Source of the DNA: Zancudomyces culisetae HAW-14-8
Lineage: Eukaryota > Fungi > Kickxellomycota
Direction of reading: 5' to 3'
NCBI GenBank assembly: GCA_052426225.1
Contig: JBNJNM010000011.1
Span: 4,092,001-4,156,000, forward strand
DNA length: 64,000 nucleotides
Shown one piece after another: positions 1 through 12,407 of this stretch. The translations under genes and the position numbers were made by a program. Each line of letters starts with the position of its first letter. The first letter of the stretch is position 1. The notes below the pieces were generated by a model. The model was not told where the DNA came from and did not search any database. It saw only the letters and a program-made list of their open reading frames with translations.

Positions 1-910
1 GATTGTAATTATAGTTGTAGTTATGGTTAGGGTTATTACTGTTTTGCTGGCTTCCTCTATTTGCCATCCCGCCTCTTCGACCATTTCCAGAGCCAGCATT
101 ACTGTTTTCTGAATTTCCTCCCCCAAAAAACTTCTCTATCCTGTCGCCAATCCCCATCGCCATATTCTCAATCGCATTCCCAAAGTTGCTTGCTTCTACC
201 TCAATTCGTTTGCCAAAATTACCTGCCTCTTCTTCTATTCGTCTGCCAAATTCGTTGAAATCGAATCCCGTCACGCTACCGCCACTATTCTGAACATCAT
301 TACTACCAGTCCGACTAATCCCGTTACTTCCAAATTCTCTGCTTTTTATCTCTTGTGGTTTTGGTACCTGACTCCTATAATATCTTTCATTTCTATTTGT
401 TGGCACAGTTTCTCGAATAAACTTTATCATATCCCCTCGATCAAGCACAAACCTTCTGCTACCACTAAACATCCCGTACTTTTTCAAATACCTAATCAAC
501 TCCTTATTGCTATACCTCTCCAATTCCTCTTCATTAGACACCGAAATCTTCAAATAATAATCGCAACAATTACACGTATTTACTGGCTCTTTAAAACCAA
601 ATTTCGGTATGTACCATCGGTTATTTGAGCATTCGCTACAAACAACCTGCCCACAGTTCTTACAATTCGTTTTTGCTTTTTTTTTGCCATTTGCTTTACT
701 AGAGCCGAAAAGTGGAAATGAATGGTTCGAGCTGAAAGCCGAGCCGCATATTATACAAGCCTTATATGCTTCCGGATTGTTCAATGTCGGAACCTCAAAA
801 CGGACTCCTTCATTGTCCAGAAGAGGTCCCCGGATCTGCTCCAGTTCAAGCTTTTGCTCAGGCGTCAGTGCATTTTCCCTATCATACTTTACTGGTTTGC
901 CTCTATGCAT
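1..910 (-). CDS. FYVE-like zinc finger + SAP-like helical domain protein, RNF34/RFFL (CARP)-like; 5' part only, runs off the left edge
   Basis: Not in the ORF track. Manual translation from ATG at 910 is open to position 1: MHRGKPVKY...CIIC...KAKTNCKNCGQVVCSECSNNRWYIPKFGFKEPVNTCNCC (8-Cys FYVE spacing), then ELERYSNKELIRYLKKYGM (SAP-like), then a G/N/S-rich region. A C-terminal RING is expected outside the window (inference). Confidence 0.75.
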   Translation of the reverse strand, partial: MHRGKPVKYDRENALTPEQKLELEQIRGPLLDNEGVRFEVPTLNNPEAYKACIICGSAFSSNHSFPLFGSSKANGKKKAKTNCKNCGQVVCSECSNNRWYIPKFGFKEPVNTCNCCDYYLKISVSNEEELERYSNKELIRYLKKYGMFSGSRRFVLDRGDMIKFIRETVPTNRNERYYRSQVPKPQEIKSREFGSNGISRTGSNDVQNSGGSVTGFDFNEFGRRIEEEAGNFGKRIEVEASNFGNAIENMAMGIGDRIEKFFGGGNSENSNAGSGNGRRGGMANRGSQQNSNNPNHNYNYNYN

Positions 911-2539
911 TCTTTTATCTCTTTTCCCTATTATTTACTCTATTTATTCTTGCTATCTTTTCGTCTTTTTTTTGTGGAAAATCTGAATCTATGCTTGCGC
1001 TAGTCGAGAATATATCATTCCTGAACCCCACTTTTATTGTTATGTTTTACCTTTGGTTTTAAGTCTGTGACTGTGACTTTGCTTAGTTTTGTAGGTAGAT
1101 TTTTTCTTTACATTTTTCGGTAATTGTTTCTTTCTATGGGAATTTGATGTCCAATAGATGCTTATTAGCAATCAAGCTTTACCCACGAGACTTGAACTTG
1201 GCAAAGCATTAAAAATCGTTGGGGATAAAGAATAAGGGAAAACAGCCAAATATTCTCGATTCAACTTCTTGGAAACCAAATGCCAAACCATTCTACCATC
1301 GCACCCATTTATTTATAACCTTAGTCTAGTTCGTTTTTCTTATCTTATTGCAAACCTGCGTGTGGTAATACGTTTGAATATGCAACAAATGAGTTTCAAT
1401 GGTATCTTCACCCTTCTTTTCATAAACTGGTTAAAACAACAACTAAAATAAAAATCAGACCAATTCTGATATTAGCAAGTCAAATAAACACTACAACATC
1501 CACTTAATTCTCAACTAATATTCATCCATCTATTTTTTGTCATCTCATCAAATTAGCCCAGACACTGACACCAACACCAACACTAACTAACTCTATAGCC
1601 ATTAATCATGTTCACTACCCTAAGCCTACTAATTACTCTAAGGCATCATGGTCAACAGTTTAGTGAAATGGTATCTATCAAGCTGAAATTGTGAGCATAG
1701 CCAAAATGCTAGCTACTAGTCTGAACCTTGTACTGATTAACGCTAGATAAATTCTGTTAAACCTAGAAAATCGAGCTAACTAAACAATTCGAAAAACTCA
1801 CTTTAGTTGCTAGTAACTCATAATTAGGTGCAACAAACTCAACCACGGTGGTATATTTGTTGGCCGGTTAACTGTTTACCTTTCTCAACCAACCACACCT
1901 TTGTTCTACTTATCATGTAGTTTGCTATAACTTATTTAAGTTTTAACTATAGCACCTTTGATAAAAGTATATCATATTCCTCTTTCAGTGTATCTTGGTG
2001 AATATATAAAACACTTTAAACATGTTATTGTTCAGGCTCAGATCCACCATTACTTTCAATCATATCTAGATTTTTGTCAATTTCAAGTGCAGGAATAGTT
2101 GAATGGTCCCTATCCAAAACCGTAAAATATCACTTCACTTCAATAGCGGGGAATTTCCACTCAGTAGTAAATACTAATTTCTGAACCCAACCTTCCCCCT
2201 GGTAACCTACACTCAGTTTTGCAGGCCAAAGTAAGGATTTGAGCATATTTGCTGAAAATTCTAAGAGTAAATATTTATAAGTTTCCAACAAATCAGGGCG
2301 GAGTGTCTGTTATTTCCAGGATATCATTTGTTTTTGCTTCTACAACCAACCAGAATCTCATCCAGCCCCATCATTGAACCAAATCTCAAAAATTAGCACA
2401 AAAATACCAACGCTCCGAAAATAACTTTGCAAAAGCTATAATTTCGAGATGAATGTATTTCATTCAATATATCCAACATTTTGCTCTGATAGATTTGTAA
2501 AAGATACTATTAAACCTCTTCGAAACGAGCGGGAAAAAA

Positions 2540-4688
2540 ATGTCGACAAAGTATACATTGGAGGGTCTGGCAGAAGACAAAGACGAGTTTGAGTTTATGC
2601 AGGAGACGCTTAACGAGCTAAATGAGATGGCCTTACAAACGGTAATTCTCAAGTTTTGTCTTGCTCATCCTCCTAAATAATAAAACATATAGGCGTTATA
2701 TGTAAAAAGAGTTGTTAAACATTAAACTAAATAGTCCAAGGTGTTAAAGGTTTTTGACTTGAGAATTAAAAATCTCGGAAATGTAATGGAACCCATAAAC
2801 AAATCCACGAAGAAGCTCACCGTGCTTTATGACAGTATGTTTAGAAATTATACTAATATATTTATATAATGCCCATGTCATATCATAACTAGAAACATGA
2901 TTTTAAAACCCTACATACTAATAAATAGATGTGGATGATACTATTGTCAGTCTGGACAATATTCTAAAATACTATGATGTCGGCGGCGAAGATTCAGGCA
3001 TAATTACAACAGGGTAAGTTGGCTGATTATCGAATTAAGTCCAACAAGTGCTAATAGGAATTAACTTTTTGAACTTTTATAGCTGCAATGAGAATGATTT
3101 AGATCCGTATTTGGAGGCTATTGGGCGACTTAAGCTCGCCAAGGATGAATTATCAAAATTACGGTTGGAATCAGCAATACAGAGTAAGAAGGAGATTGAA
3201 AATCTGATAGGGATAGGGCTAGATAACTTGCGAAAGGTGTTCTATCAATGGATAAAGAAAAGTAGCAAGAAGGTGGATCCTACAGGGTATCGAAGGGCTG
3301 ATGAGATCCCAACAATCACAAGTGAAAGATGTAAAGAGTTGAGAAATCTAGCTGAACAGTTTTGTGATGAAGGGAATGAAATTTACTTGGCCAAGCTTGC
3401 GGATACATATGCAGAAATACGCGGAAGGCATCTGTCTGAATGCTTGTCGGGCTTGGATGTGATGTGTAAAGAATTCTATAAACTGGATATCAAGGAAGCA
3501 GACCGAGCAGCTGGTCGAGGCGCGATGGGTGTAAGCGGGACAGTAAATGTCAACCCACTTACACAGTTTGTGATCCCTGAATGCGAGGAGCGACAGGCTG
3601 GCACAGCTGATGTATTTCTTATGTATACAGAAAACCTGCTTAAGATGTTGCAGTCCGAGCAGCTGAAATGCCGCGAAATAATTCCTGCGGCTGTTTCGGA
3701 ACGTGCATTTGAAAAAGTGTTTGAACCGGCATATCTTGCATACACAGGAACTACCCAACGTATATGCAAAGTCCTGCTGACTGACTTGTATGCAAACTTG
3801 CTACGAGCAATAGACGTGCAGTCTGCACTTAAGCGGGGATACCCGGGGCTTGACAGACTGTTGCGGTTTAAGAAAAAGGGGCTAAACGAAATTCCCCGGA
3901 TGCTGGAACAGTTGTTCCTTCCTATTAATGGGGCATTTTCGGGACTAATCCGTACACTACGCAGTCCTTCAAATAAACCCCCAGTCTCAAAGGAGGGTGG
4001 GATTTACAGACCGGCGGTAATAAGTCTAGACCTGATCAAAAATATGGTTGAGTATAAATCAAACATTTCAGAAATGATGTTTCAACTGGGTGATGGTCAC
4101 TGGAATGAAACTGCACAGGAACAGGCTGCCAGTGGGCGTGCTGCCAATCCCAACGATGGAACATCGATTTTCTGTCACTATATTGAAGACTACCTATCTG
4201 GCGTTGGTCAAATGGTGGAGGCGACGAGCAAGCAATTTATTCAGCCCGTTTCAATGTTTGCATTCCAAGCCAACAATTACCACTACATTGTCAAGTCAAT
4301 CAGGTATTCCACTGGTTTGTCTTCTATGCTTAGTGACAAGGTAATTGCGAAATATGAGGCCAACACGCTGAGAAACCGAAAGGCCCTGATGGCAATCTGG
4401 AAATCATGTCTGGCCAGTTTTCCCGCTATGGGCTTGGGTCCAGCCGAAAAGCTTGATATGTTCAATAGAACATTTGATGATCTTTGTGCCGATATTGGCG
4501 CATTTTCATTGCCCGATCCAGACCTGCGTGGAAAGCTGACTCAAGATACTATCGAGAGTTTGATCCCTCAATACTCTAAATTTCTGGAAAAAAATATGGA
4601 CGTTCTTGGTTCGGGCGGGTTTAGGCTTAAATATTCTGTTTCGGATATTGAAAAAATTATTGACGTGATTTTTTCGTCCAGAAAATAA
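2540..4688 (+). CDS. EXO70: Exocyst subunit Exo70; exons 2540-2641, 2735-2834, 2929-3013, 3083-4688
   Basis: Three GT-AG introns join in frame (MSTKYTLEGLAEDKDEFEFMQETLNEL..SKVLKVFDLRIKNL..NVDDTIVSLDNIL..). The last exon has Exo70 C-terminal motifs FQANNYHYI, FNRTFDD, SLPDPDLRGKL, IPQYSKF, LKYSVSDIE. Confidence 0.9.
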
Positions 4689-5039
4689 TGGTACTTGAGC
4701 GCTTTATCGATGTGGGAGAGGATGATGTAGTCGGTGGTAATAATATGGTTTGTGTTTTCTTTGGTCCTCTATGTTTTCCTCTTTTGCTTTTTATTATAAA
4801 TAAATTAATGTACCGAAACCCAAATATATAATCATTTAATACAAAAAAAGTGGAGGTAGTAAATAAATCACGTGTTTAACTGTGCACACAATTCAAGTTT
4901 ATATGACTGAAATGTCGAATAATGGATCCGCAAATTCATACATCAGCAAACAAATCAGTCCTGACAATTGGCATCATGTTTGAAAGCCAAAAAAAAAAGT
5001 CGATCACACTACATCACACACACACTCATTTAACAAAGC

Positions 5040-8000
5040 CTAAAATATAAAACTAGATACCAAACCACAACCATCGAGGTTTTGTTCGTTGCCACCAGCT
5101 TTATCATCTTTCTTCTCTGTTTGAGCATTTCCGTTGTTATTACGCACGTTTTGATCCTCCCCGGTGCAGCTAATATAAAAACACGTGTTCAGTATTTGCG
5201 AACTGTTGATTTTTTTGTTCAAAAATTCGCTGTTGGAAAAATAATACTTTTGATCGCCGTTTTTTGTATCCTGGGTGGATTTATCCGCATTATTTCCATT
5301 TTTAGTGTCAGGTTTATTTAGCCCTGGTTGCGAGCTGGGCTTAAAAGTATGCTCGTTTCTTACCACTATCTCATTGCTTGTGGTTGAAACACCGCCATTG
5401 TCTTTAGTATTCATCCTGTTATTAGAGTTGTTTCCAGCAAGGTTGGAGTTTGTGATGTCTGGGTGATAATAGAATGACTTTCCAATTTGAAACATCATTA
5501 GCTTTTTATTCAATACAGTAGTGCCCGAAGGAGATTGCTTCTCGTTTTCATTATTTTTGCCACCAGTAAAAGAACCATTTGAGCTATTGTTAGGTGGAGT
5601 GGAGGCAGTATGGTCATTTTTGGTAGTAGACTCGTTACCCCCTGCACCTATATCCATTGGGAGTATGTTCGGTATGTCATTAATTGGGGTAGTCGGGGTA
5701 GTAGGTGAATTGTTTATTGTTGTAGATGAAACGCTTGACCCAGTGTTTCCGCCATTGCCGCCATTGCCGCTCTCGCTCTTCAAAAACTCTTGTTTATCAA
5801 ATGTCGAAAACATTTTGTGGTTTCTGCTAAACTTGTTCTTTTTCTTTATAGTCACATTTATCAAACTTTTGACATTTGTAGCTAGGGGTGAGAATTTCAG
5901 AAACAACGATTGTAGCTGTGGAACGTAGCAATATGAGTAGTTTAGCTTTGGACCTTCTTTGGTCCTTACGACAATCTGCAGTGGCGAATTTCCGTAGTGG
6001 TAGTGTGGTACATATATGGCGAGAGAATAAGAACCAATGTGCTCATTCACAAAGCCCATAATCTTGTTTTCGACAGCTGCCCCTCTTTTCCGTTCACTCC
6101 TTTTTCCTCGAGTACCACTGTTATTGCGAGCCTTTTCATTGGGGAAATCGCTATTGTGTTTTTCTGAGTCGTTTAGATCAGCTGATCGAACGTTATGAAG
6201 TGCAGGTGTAGACGAAGACATTGATGGTGATGGTAAAGAATACAACTGCGGGGGCTTATTATCATTTGTCAGCCCAAGTGCATTTGGGCGAGTATCTTTA
6301 AGTGCACCATCAAATGTATCTGCTTTCTTTTTGTCGTTGTCGCCACCAGTACCACTAAAGTATAATCGCCCAAGTTCGATTGGTCTGTACATGCTCTTGC
6401 TTTTCATACTCAACTTTTTAACACCATCACTACTCTTTTCTATTATCTTGTTTGTTATGCGAGTGTTTATATACCTCATCTTCCCCCCCTTCTTTTCACC
6501 CCGATAGTCATCCACGCTACCTGCTTGCTCTTCATTATAGTTATCATCGCTTTCCCCACCAACAACAATACCGTGCTCATCGTCTTCAGGAATGTCTCTA
6601 TCACTATCACTTCCACTACTGTTGTTATCCTGGTTTCCGCCATTCCCAGCATCACCGTCTTGATATTCCAAAGTACCCCTGGGTTTACCATCCACAAGGT
6701 CTCTGCGGTTTTCTGTTTTGGCTAGTATTAACTGAGTGGTAGAGTTGGGTTCCAAATCCCCCCCGCCATCACTACTGCCCCCACTGCTTCCACTGCTTCC
6801 GCTAATTCTCATAACTTTTTCTCTTATTCTTTCGGGTGTTTTAAGACTGAAATCGAGGCTTGGTAATCTGAATCGCCATTGACTGCCTCCATCCCTAGTT
6901 GAAACTTCATCTCCAGAAGAATTCGATATCAAAGATCGACAATAGTCAGTACGGGTCTCTGTGTTGTGGCTACTGGCTCTGTCGCTAGAGCCATCACTAT
7001 TTATAGTAATACTGTCACTGTATCTGTTACTTCTTTCATTTTCTCCACCCCCAGTACCACTTCCTCCAGTATAAATATTTATCACAGAGTTAAACCCTCG
7101 TCTGCCAATTCTATTCAAATATTTGAGATTTCCCGAAAACATTGATCTACCCAGCTCTACTGAGCCTTCTTTCAGTGATTTTCTGGTCGGAACCAATGAA
7201 TACATCCAGGACCCACTTTTGGCCAACGCTGTGCCCGCATTATTGTCACCACTGCCCCCATTCACTCCATTCCTATTTCCATTGGCAATGTCAGAATTTC
7301 CAAATCCAAATCCCATACCATGTTCCATTCCGTTACTATTATACATTTGCAATTTTCTACACTCTCGGTTAGACACTGTTACCCTAAAGGTAAACCTTTT
7401 CTTCTTATATCGGAACTTTGTTTTATTCAACTCAATACACTGCCTCATTCGCGTGATATATGGTCTGATAATTGCTTCCAACACCCTACCTCCATTGTTT
7501 AAAGTGATAAGGTCTCGTTGATAATTTTTATTGAGTCTTCCCATCTTTTTTGGCCGGTTTCTCATCCCGATAACTTTATTTTTATCATATTTATCCAAAT
7601 CCTCTCCGTGCCGGATACTCGATCTAGATGCTACCGAAAAATCTTCTCCGTTCCAGTAGTCCCCAAAATCATTATCATTAAATGGATTGTAGTTCCATAA
7701 TGTAAACCCTAAACACGTATTTTCCATAGCCTTCATCAAACTATCCATCATGATAATCTGGTACTTGTAATCATCTGTCTTATATGCTGCCCTTCCATTA
7801 ATATCCATTGGTATTCCGCATTCACCTATTATTGTAGGCGTTTCGCCAACATGGATAAGCCCGCGCCTTCTTACCAGGTCCAACTGCTTTGTATAGTTTG
7901 ATACGGCACCCTTTTTCCCAAAATACACATGTTTAATAATATTAATGCTGTTTTGCAGCTCCAATACGTTATATGAAATTTTTCCCTCAAACTTTTTGTT

Positions 8001-9653
8001 GAACAGGCTGTACAAGTCATACCAATGAGGAGCATACGCTACGTTCCCCCCTAATTCACCTCCTTCAAAGGTCGGGGGAACAGTATTCGGCTGTGGCTCG
8101 AGAAATATTATCCATTTATTGCATACATTATTTATAGCATCATAATATTTCAGCAAAAATTCCTTATACAGTTTATTGAAGCTTACTGGCTCGTGCGTAG
8201 TTGGATCCTTGTAGAAATAGTCTTCTTTAAGCAATACCGCAGTACCATTCTCATCTCGTCCCCACACACCATGACGCTTCCATATACACTCAACTCCATC
8301 CTTCCACGCTCTTAAATTGTTCTTGTTTATATTGACAAACCGCTCAAACCTAGATGGTTTTGGCCACCACGGTTTGTACACCCTTATCCTCGTATCTTCA
8401 CCATCACCCAATGTAAATTGTTCAAGCGGAGTCGGAGACTCTCCCAGCAAAAGATGCTTTTTACCATCATATCGTCTCAGTGTTTTCATCCCGAGATATC
8501 CAGACTCTGGCTCATTCATCGCCTCAAATCCCACAACTGCCTTACAGTTTTTAATATTTTTAGCAAGATTTTGATAGCATCTTATATAGCATCCCTGCAA
8601 AAAATCCTGTATGTTCACCCCGTCAATCTTAGCCTTGGGCGCAAATATTTTCCCGCCAAAAAACACCGTGAACATGGTTGATGTGGCTAACTTTGTCGCA
8701 TTCGTCACCCACATCATTTTTGGCGCGCTTTCCTCCTCGGTTCTGGCTTCGCAATGCACAAGCGCTGCACCAGTATCTTTAAAGTTTCTCATCTCCAATC
8801 CAGCTACCTCAAGTGTCCATCCAGGCGCACCACTGCCCCCACAGTATCTGCTCCACATATCCTGATGCGGATCGATAATACACTTGAGACCCTCATTGTG
8901 CATTATCTTTAGTAGACCTTTTAGATATGCTATGTATTTTTTGTCATATATCCCCGGGCCCTCATGTTCCAATGCCTCCCAGGGAACTATTAGCCTTACA
9001 AACACCAATCCCCACGATTTTAATCTTCGAAAATGCAACGCGGCCTCTTCTAGCTTGAAAGGCCTATTTACAAATGAAACACTCCTATGGTCGTAAAAGC
9101 CATTTAACTCATGGGAAGCCCTTCCAAAACCACCGTCTCCAACAAATACACCATTTTCATATTCATTCTTGTCTTCTTTAGGTGAGTATGGCAGTTTACA
9201 ATGTCCACCAACGTTTATTCCTCTTATATACACTTTTCTTCCCTTAAAGTCGATAAAATCTCGATTAGAAATACCAAGCCCTTGAATATCAGATAAATCC
9301 TGTGCCTCATTCCGACTGTTTGCTATTTTTTTGAATTTATCTACTATGTACTTTGACTCGCCCTTAGTGAATTCAAATATCGCAATCTTTGAGTTTTCAG
9401 GACTACTCTCAATAACTCGAGTAGTGTTGGCAGGATCGTCAGCCCCTTCTTGCACCTTACTCGTCCCAAAAGACTCTGGTACTGCATCTTTTAGAGCCGC
9501 TGTTGTCGCTGTTCCTGCTACCATTGTTGTAGTCATTGGTTCTGTGGTTGTCGTTGTCGCTAACGCTTGACCATCAGTGTTTTCTGTCGCTGTTTGCAAG
9601 GTATATTCGTCCAGTTTTATTAGCGTGCCTGGTAATGCTTCGGTTTGTAGCAT
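5040..9653 (-). CDS. Glycoside hydrolase family 5, endoglycoceramidase-related (EGCrP2/Egh1-type sterylglucosidase/glucosylceramidase) with large low-complexity inserts
   Basis: 1537-aa ORF with FVNRPF, VPWEALEHEGPGIYD, IIDPHQDMWSRYCGGSGAPGW, acid/base motif AMNEP, YAPHWYD, nucleophile motif IIGECGIP, TLWNY and WNGEDFS, all typical of fungal EGCrP proteins. Confidence 0.9.
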   Translation of the reverse strand: MLQTEALPGTLIKLDEYTLQTATENTDGQALATTTTTEPMTTTMVAGTATTAALKDAVPESFGTSKVQEGADDPANTTRVIESSPENSKIAIFEFTKGESKYIVDKFKKIANSRNEAQDLSDIQGLGISNRDFIDFKGRKVYIRGINVGGHCKLPYSPKEDKNEYENGVFVGDGGFGRASHELNGFYDHRSVSFVNRPFKLEEAALHFRRLKSWGLVFVRLIVPWEALEHEGPGIYDKKYIAYLKGLLKIMHNEGLKCIIDPHQDMWSRYCGGSGAPGWTLEVAGLEMRNFKDTGAALVHCEARTEEESAPKMMWVTNATKLATSTMFTVFFGGKIFAPKAKIDGVNIQDFLQGCYIRCYQNLAKNIKNCKAVVGFEAMNEPESGYLGMKTLRRYDGKKHLLLGESPTPLEQFTLGDGEDTRIRVYKPWWPKPSRFERFVNINKNNLRAWKDGVECIWKRHGVWGRDENGTAVLLKEDYFYKDPTTHEPVSFNKLYKEFLLKYYDAINNVCNKWIIFLEPQPNTVPPTFEGGELGGNVAYAPHWYDLYSLFNKKFEGKISYNVLELQNSINIIKHVYFGKKGAVSNYTKQLDLVRRRGLIHVGETPTIIGECGIPMDINGRAAYKTDDYKYQIIMMDSLMKAMENTCLGFTLWNYNPFNDNDFGDYWNGEDFSVASRSSIRHGEDLDKYDKNKVIGMRNRPKKMGRLNKNYQRDLITLNNGGRVLEAIIRPYITRMRQCIELNKTKFRYKKKRFTFRVTVSNRECRKLQMYNSNGMEHGMGFGFGNSDIANGNRNGVNGGSGDNNAGTALAKSGSWMYSLVPTRKSLKEGSVELGRSMFSGNLKYLNRIGRRGFNSVINIYTGGSGTGGGENERSNRYSDSITINSDGSSDRASSHNTETRTDYCRSLISNSSGDEVSTRDGGSQWRFRLPSLDFSLKTPERIREKVMRISGSSGSSGGSSDGGGDLEPNSTTQLILAKTENRRDLVDGKPRGTLEYQDGDAGNGGNQDNNSSGSDSDRDIPEDDEHGIVVGGESDDNYNEEQAGSVDDYRGEKKGGKMRYINTRITNKIIEKSSDGVKKLSMKSKSMYRPIELGRLYFSGTGGDNDKKKADTFDGALKDTRPNALGLTNDNKPPQLYSLPSPSMSSSTPALHNVRSADLNDSEKHNSDFPNEKARNNSGTRGKRSERKRGAAVENKIMGFVNEHIGSYSLAIYVPHYHYGNSPLQIVVRTKEGPKLNYSYCYVPQLQSLFLKFSPLATNVKSLINVTIKKKNKFSRNHKMFSTFDKQEFLKSESGNGGNGGNTGSSVSSTTINNSPTTPTTPINDIPNILPMDIGAGGNESTTKNDHTASTPPNNSSNGSFTGGKNNENEKQSPSGTTVLNKKLMMFQIGKSFYYHPDITNSNLAGNNSNNRMNTKDNGGVSTTSNEIVVRNEHTFKPSSQPGLNKPDTKNGNNADKSTQDTKNGDQKYYFSNSEFLNKKINSSQILNTCFYISCTGEDQNVRNNNGNAQTEKKDDKAGGNEQNLDGCGLVSSFIF

Positions 9654-11644
9654 TTTATTCTCGTTTCTGTATCAGAGAAAAAAGACGATTCCAATATACT
9701 GTACAAATTCAAGTGCGTATATTCGTGTCCAGTAGGTACAAATTCCAAGTAGTTTTTTCGAGTGTATCGTATTTTATCTTTTGCTAGCATTAATTTGCCA
9801 ATAACAACTATGTCCTGTATTGCTTCGTGTTTTCGATATTTGCAGCGTTGATGCACCAAAAATACCTGTGTACCTAAACTCGACAGTTAAGGTTGAGCAC
9901 AAACAATTTATACGATATGTTCCTTTTATGTTTTTGTACTTGTACACTCACTATTTCTTTTATTAGTAAGTTCGAATGGTATAAACTCAAGCAAAATACA
10001 CTTTATTGTACCTTTTTTATTATTTTCTCTAGGGAAAGAGTCAACTAATATAGAGCTTTACTTTCAAAAAAGGGTGATCGGTAAATTATATGAACCCTGT
10101 CCCTCTTAAACTCAAAATGGTTTTGGTTCGTTTCAGTAAAGAAATTGTTGGAAAAATCAGAATACTAAAACCAAGCTAAGACTTATATATCGATGTGTCA
10201 CGTTTGCATCTTTGGCTTTCGTATTCATGAATTTTAACATCAGGTATGCTTTATTTCTTCATCCAATGCGAAATAGGAAAAGAAATAACAATATTTGTAA
10301 ACAAAATATTTTATGCACTATTTTTTAACCCGCCACACATGAGAATAGTGTAAAGCAGATGAAACAAATCACGTTTGTAGATTTGTGCATGCTCTACGAT
10401 AGCGCCAACCGCCTTTTTTTTTATTGCCTATCTATTTTTGCGTTTGTTTTTGGAACACATTCTTTGTGGTGGTAGTGTAGCCATTAGCAGTAGCCACAAT
10501 GCTAGCGTTTTTCAAGTTAAACTGGACTAACGTAAAGCCACCATCTACAACCCGCGCTAATGGATTACACCATTAATTCCCATCATGCTTCGTTCCTGTT
10601 CTTAATATCTCCAGCTCCCCGTCTTCTTTTCTTTCTGTCATATATCCAGTAACCTTCCACATTATGTTACATCCTTCCTCCATTTCCCCCTTTTTTTTTT
10701 TGTAATTTCTCTTCCCCAACCCCCCTTTTTTTTGCAAATTATTTTCCCACATTTCTGCAAGGATTTAATTGGATTGTACCATGCTTTCAATTAAGTAAAC
10801 CTAAAGCGCTTAGTTAACAAGCACCACAAACCTATGTGGCAATCAACACCAGACGATTACGAATGTATCTAAATGAACGAATTAAAAACACATTTTATCA
10901 TTCATACTAGACTTTGCCAGCAAAAGCAAGCCTGAGTATACTTTGCTTTATTTGGTGATACTTTTTGCTCTTTTGTAAAAATGTATTATGGCATTTTTAA
11001 TGTTATTCCTTTTTTTCCTTACAGAGCCAATGTTGGTGCATCGGAAATTATAAATACATAAATAATGTTAGCAGTGGTCACAAATGAAACTAATACAAAT
11101 AAGTTGAATTAGTAAAGGAAATAAACAAATGACCCAGAGGATTTCATCTTGGTAAACTGACCCATATAAAACAAAGTTCCCTCCTATAATGTTACTTATT
11201 ACAGTATGGGTTCTATAGTGAACGGCATATACATGAAAAAATCCAAAAACAATGACCGTAAATAGTCGGATATATTGTATATGATGCTCTTGAAACCTGA
11301 TACTTGGGGGGGAGGAGAGAGGAGTTATTCGATAGTGTTCTGTTCGCCACGGAGCTAGGTTATCATTGTGTAGCGTTAGCTTTAAATTCCAAGTGGTCTT
11401 CAACTTTCTCAAACTATTTTCTCCGTATTAGCTCTTCGATTTTTTCAAATGTTGGGAGTTATCGCCGTTATTTGGATTTGCACAACCCAATACTTGATTA
11501 TTATTTCCATGCGGCATTTCATCGTTTTATTTGTCACGCTTAAAAACGTAAAAAAATAATACTGTTATACTGAATAGTATCTGCTTTGACATGAACAGTG
11601 AATGAATACGTACATATCCTTCATTCCATCCCCCTACGAGTGTT

Positions 11645-12026
11645 TTAGCTCTTCTTTTTTATTGCCAAAAAGTTTCTGCCAAAGCAGCCATCGAGCACAG
11701 CCAATATATGATAAACCAAATACAAAATGGCTGTAATCGGTATCAAGGCAAGCGGGATAAAATACAAGAGTAAAGGTTTTTTTTTTGGCTTGAGTTTGGA
11801 TTTCTTAAAATAAGAGATAACGCGCAAAAAAGGAGCGAGAAATGGAAGGAACGATAAGAGAAACCAGCAAACCCAAAGCGGATCATTGAGCATAACTAAT
11901 AATTTTGTTGCAATTATGAGCCACAATGCTTATTGTATTTGGTTTGAGGATTAATGCGAAACTGGCCACAACGAATTGTGCTGAACGAATATAAAATGGC
12001 CGTATTAGTGAACCCATTGTTCTCAT
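11645..12026 (-). pseudogene. Possible disrupted small multi-pass membrane protein gene
   Basis: ATG at 12026 opens a hydrophobic frame that needs a frameshift near 11930 to join the 11645-11926 frame (LWVCWFLL..basic loop..hydrophobic segment..LDGCF). Weak resemblance to the 12408 ORF. Confidence 0.25.
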
Positions 12027-12407
12027 TTTTTTGGTTTCCTTCGCTCTTTCGTTCTCTCGTATTTCTGTCTTTTTTTAATTTGTAGTTCAGGATGATATTT
12101 TTGTAATTACTGGAAGTATGTGTACGATAGAAAATGTTCCTAGGTAGTATCGTAAAGAAACAAATGTCAGCTAGTGTTGGGTTGCCTCGCTATATTTTAA
12201 ATTTACTTTCAGCAAAAAATATAGCTTCCTTCACTTTTATCTCCAAAAAGAAAACAGATAATATTTTATATTATAAGCCAAAAGTAAAATCGATTAGTAA
12301 AAGAAACAGTTTGAAACTGAGAAGATTCTGCCAAAGCACGGCTTACCAATTGAGCTAATAGAGAACGAACTTGTATTTATTGCACTCCAACCCGAAATGC
12401 GGAAAAT

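Noticed and set aside
5040-5075. Possible terminal intron creating a CaaX end on the GH5 protein (CGL|GTATCT)
   Set aside because: No acceptor found that yields a convincing CaaX; the unspliced stop is adequate.
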